This document shows, in pieces, positions 60,967-64,000 of a stretch of DNA of 64,000 nucleotides; the stretch's first letter is position 1; each line of letters opens with the position of its first letter. Source of the DNA: Eledone cirrhosa (taxonomy: Eukaryota); contig OZ024754.1 in the NCBI GenBank assembly GCA_964016885.1, positions 27,094,001 to 27,158,000 of the forward strand, written 5' to 3'. The notes beneath the pieces were generated by a model that saw only the letters and a list, made by a program, of their open reading frames with translations, was not told where the DNA came from and made no database searches. Made by a program: the position numbers and the translations under genes.

Positions 60967-61170
60967 TAGGAAAAAGTATGACCCCGACGGCAGAGCTCAA
61001 GCCGTTTCGACGGCTATTTCTGGACTCCAGAGTCCAGAAATGGCCGTGGAAACGGCTTGAGCTCTGCCGTCGGGGTCATACTTTTTCCTATTTCCCACTC
61101 TACTACCCTAAGTATTGAGTACTCTCGTGCGTTATTGTTCATTTGGTTCCTTACCACAATTCCTTTGTTA
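60967..61170 (+). mobile_element. Fold-back element with half-hammerhead; sister of 13381
   Basis: 60-bp arms, 4-nt spacer and the same tail. Confidence 0.78.
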
Positions 61171-61319
61171 TATATATATATATATACATATTTATATATA
61201 TATATAAATACATACTTACATTTATATATGCACACAGGCATATACACTCACATATATATATATATATATTAACAACCTCATAAACACAACCAGATGTTTC
61301 ATATATATATATATATATA

Positions 61320-62130
61320 CTAGCAGCAGTACCCAGCGTTGCCTGGGTAGGTAAAATAATATCTGCTTTAATAAAAAGGTGTTGATCTTAGCGACTGCTT
61401 CTCGATGACTCATCTATGGCCACACAGGCCATGCTGGGGAAGGTGGTTATGACCTCTATCACTGAGAAACGCGGGTGACTGACGAAGGGGCATGCTGGGA
61501 GAGGGAGTTTCGAATTTGAACGAAATCGGTTGAAAACTGTGGCAGCTAGAGCCGAAAAGGAGGAAATTTGGGCGAAAAGGTGGTATTTTCGAATATTTAA
61601 TCGGCTGCCACGCCGTTCCTGAACTAAAAATCTAAAATGGAAAGCCACTTTAAGACGTGAAATAATCAGATCTAGCGTAGCGTAACATTTGAACAAATTA
61701 GGTTGATTAATCTGGGAGCTAGAGCCGAAAAAGTGGAAATTTGAGTCTAAAAGTGGTATTTTCTAAGGTTTAAGCGGCTGCCACGCTGTCCCTGAACAAA
61801 AAATGCAAAATATAAAGCCATTAAATGATGTGCAATAATAAATTCTATTTTGCTTTAAAATTTGAACGAAATCGGTGGCAAAATGTGGGAGCTAGAGCCA
61901 AAAATCTTATTTTTCGATACCTAAAAAAAGGTGACCCCCTATCGATTTTTATATGCAGAATGACCCCGGAATAAAAAATAAAAAAAAAAGATACGCTGAT
62001 ATATAGAAAACACTCCTCGATGACTAATTTATGAGCCTGTAAAGTTTCAGGAAAATCGGTCGTAAGATGTAGGCCCCTAAGTAATACACAGATATACAGA
62101 CACACACACATACTTAATTTTACATATATA
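61320..62130 (-). mobile_element. Non-autonomous Helitron-like element with internal repeats of about 180 bp
   Basis: CTAG at 61320 and hairpin ACCCAG-cgttgc-CTGGGT resemble the 3' end of the 48190 Helitron in reverse. Confidence 0.65.
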
Positions 62131-62800
62131 CATATATATATATATATATAAATATTTATATATATGTATGTATACATATATATATATATATAAATATTTA
62201 TATATATGTATATTATACATATATATATATATATATTAATAAATACTTATATATATATATATATATAATGTATGTATATATATAAAACGTGTCTGGTTGT
62301 GTTTATGAGGTTGTTAATATTGGTAGAATTCAATATAGGTAGAAGATCGGAAATTAGGAAGAGCTATGGTCTAATAGGACCTTAAGAGCTCTTCAATGTC
62401 TGGATCGATAGATCGAAGAAATCTTGGGGAAAGGAGATAAGGAAATGACGAGAGCATATTTAGCCGAGTCTTCTTTGCTTCTAAAGAGATAACGGAAAAT
62501 ACGAGTGGCATATAATTACCTCATCCCCATTCACATACACACGAACGCGCACACACCCACCCACACATACACACTAACACGAATACATGCACGTACGCAC
62601 ACATACACGCACATACACATACATATATTTGCATTTTTATATACATGTGTATATGTACACATGCACACCCGCGTACAAGTACAAACATGCACACACAAAC
62701 ATATATGCATTTGTATACACATGCATATATGTACACAGGCATACATGCACACACATGCATGCACACGGATACACAAACAGAACATACACGCACACAGACA

Positions 62801-62914
<114 letters not shown>

Positions 62915-63140
62915 TATATATAAAGTTATATCTGTATATATAAAGTGAGGGTAACAGAGACTGCGCGAATATCTATATAAATATACATATTTTAAATATG
63001 TGGACTTGTAAACTTGCCAGAAAATACGAATTTCGCTGTAAATCGATTTTCGTTCCTTGTTGGGTCTTTATTAGAATGTGTGTACATCATCGAAACAGCC
63101 ACAAGGAAACATGTATATAATGAACTTACATACCCATCCG

Positions 63141-63192
<52 letters not shown>

Positions 63193-63239
63193 TAGTGATA
63201 GTAAGTACGGAGGAGGTGACAGATTATCATTAAGTTTAT

Positions 63240-63785
63240 AACAACAATATCCAATGAAATCACACTTAACAATATCCAATGAAATTACACATAACATTAT
63301 CCAATGAAATCACACATAACAACATCCAATGAAATCACACTTAACATTAATCGAATGAAATCACACATAACATTATCCAATGAAATCTTACATAACAACA
63401 TTATCCAATGAAATAATATATAACATTATCCAATGAAATCACACATAACAACATTATCCAATGAAATCACACATAACAATATCCAATGAAATCCCACATA
63501 ACAATATCCAATGAAATCACACATAACATTATTATCCAATGAAATCACACTTAACATTATCCAATGAAATCACACATAACATTATCCAATGAAATCTTAC
63601 ATAACAACATTATCCAATGAAATAACATATAACATTATCCAATGAAATCTTACATAACAACATTATCCAATGAAATAACATATAACATTATCCAATGAAA
63701 TCTTACATAACAACATTATCCAATAAAATAACACATAACATTATCCAATAAAATAACACATAACATAATCCCATGAAATCACAAG
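63240..63785. repeat. 25-28-bp minisatellite (TATCCAATGAAATCACACATAACAT)
   Basis: About 20 tandem units seen directly. Confidence 0.92.
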
Positions 63786-64000
63786 CAGACCTGAATCATA
63801 GCTGATTCAATGCAAGAAGGTAACGCCAAGAAGGTAAGCGACCCAAACAAAAGAAGGAAGGATTTTCGAAAAGTTGAGGCGATTACTTTTGTAGACAAAA
63901 ACAACATACAAAGTGCATTCTGTATAAACCATGTACAACATGCTGGTTGCTCACCTGGAGAAAAATATAGTGTCAGAGGAGCAGAATGCGTGCCAGAACG

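Overview
AT-rich, microsatellite-dense animal genomic DNA. The SINE/RTE/Penelope repeat landscape suggests a cephalopod such as octopus; this is an inference. No host gene can be identified with confidence, and most ORF-track entries are microsatellite artefacts ([12 protein letters not shown]). The window is dominated by retroelements. There are three Penelope-like elements (PLE; RT plus C-terminal GIY-YIG endonuclease), one with an uninterrupted frame of about 680 codons nested inside the inverted-duplicated 3' region of another. Also present are an R4/Dong-type RLE LINE, RTE and CR1/Jockey-group LINE fragments, two non-autonomous Helitrons, many SINEs and two minisatellites. The most striking signal is about ten short non-coding fold-back elements (head-to-head inverted arms, usually with an extra tail on one arm) sitting in (TA)n tracts. 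Most carry type I hammerhead ribozyme cores (CUGANGA...GAAA...NUH), some as back-to-back pairs, and share a sub-terminal TTGAGYRCT-like motif with the coding PLEs. Together they look like a ribozyme-bearing, PLE-mobilised, TA-targeting family of non-autonomous retroelements.
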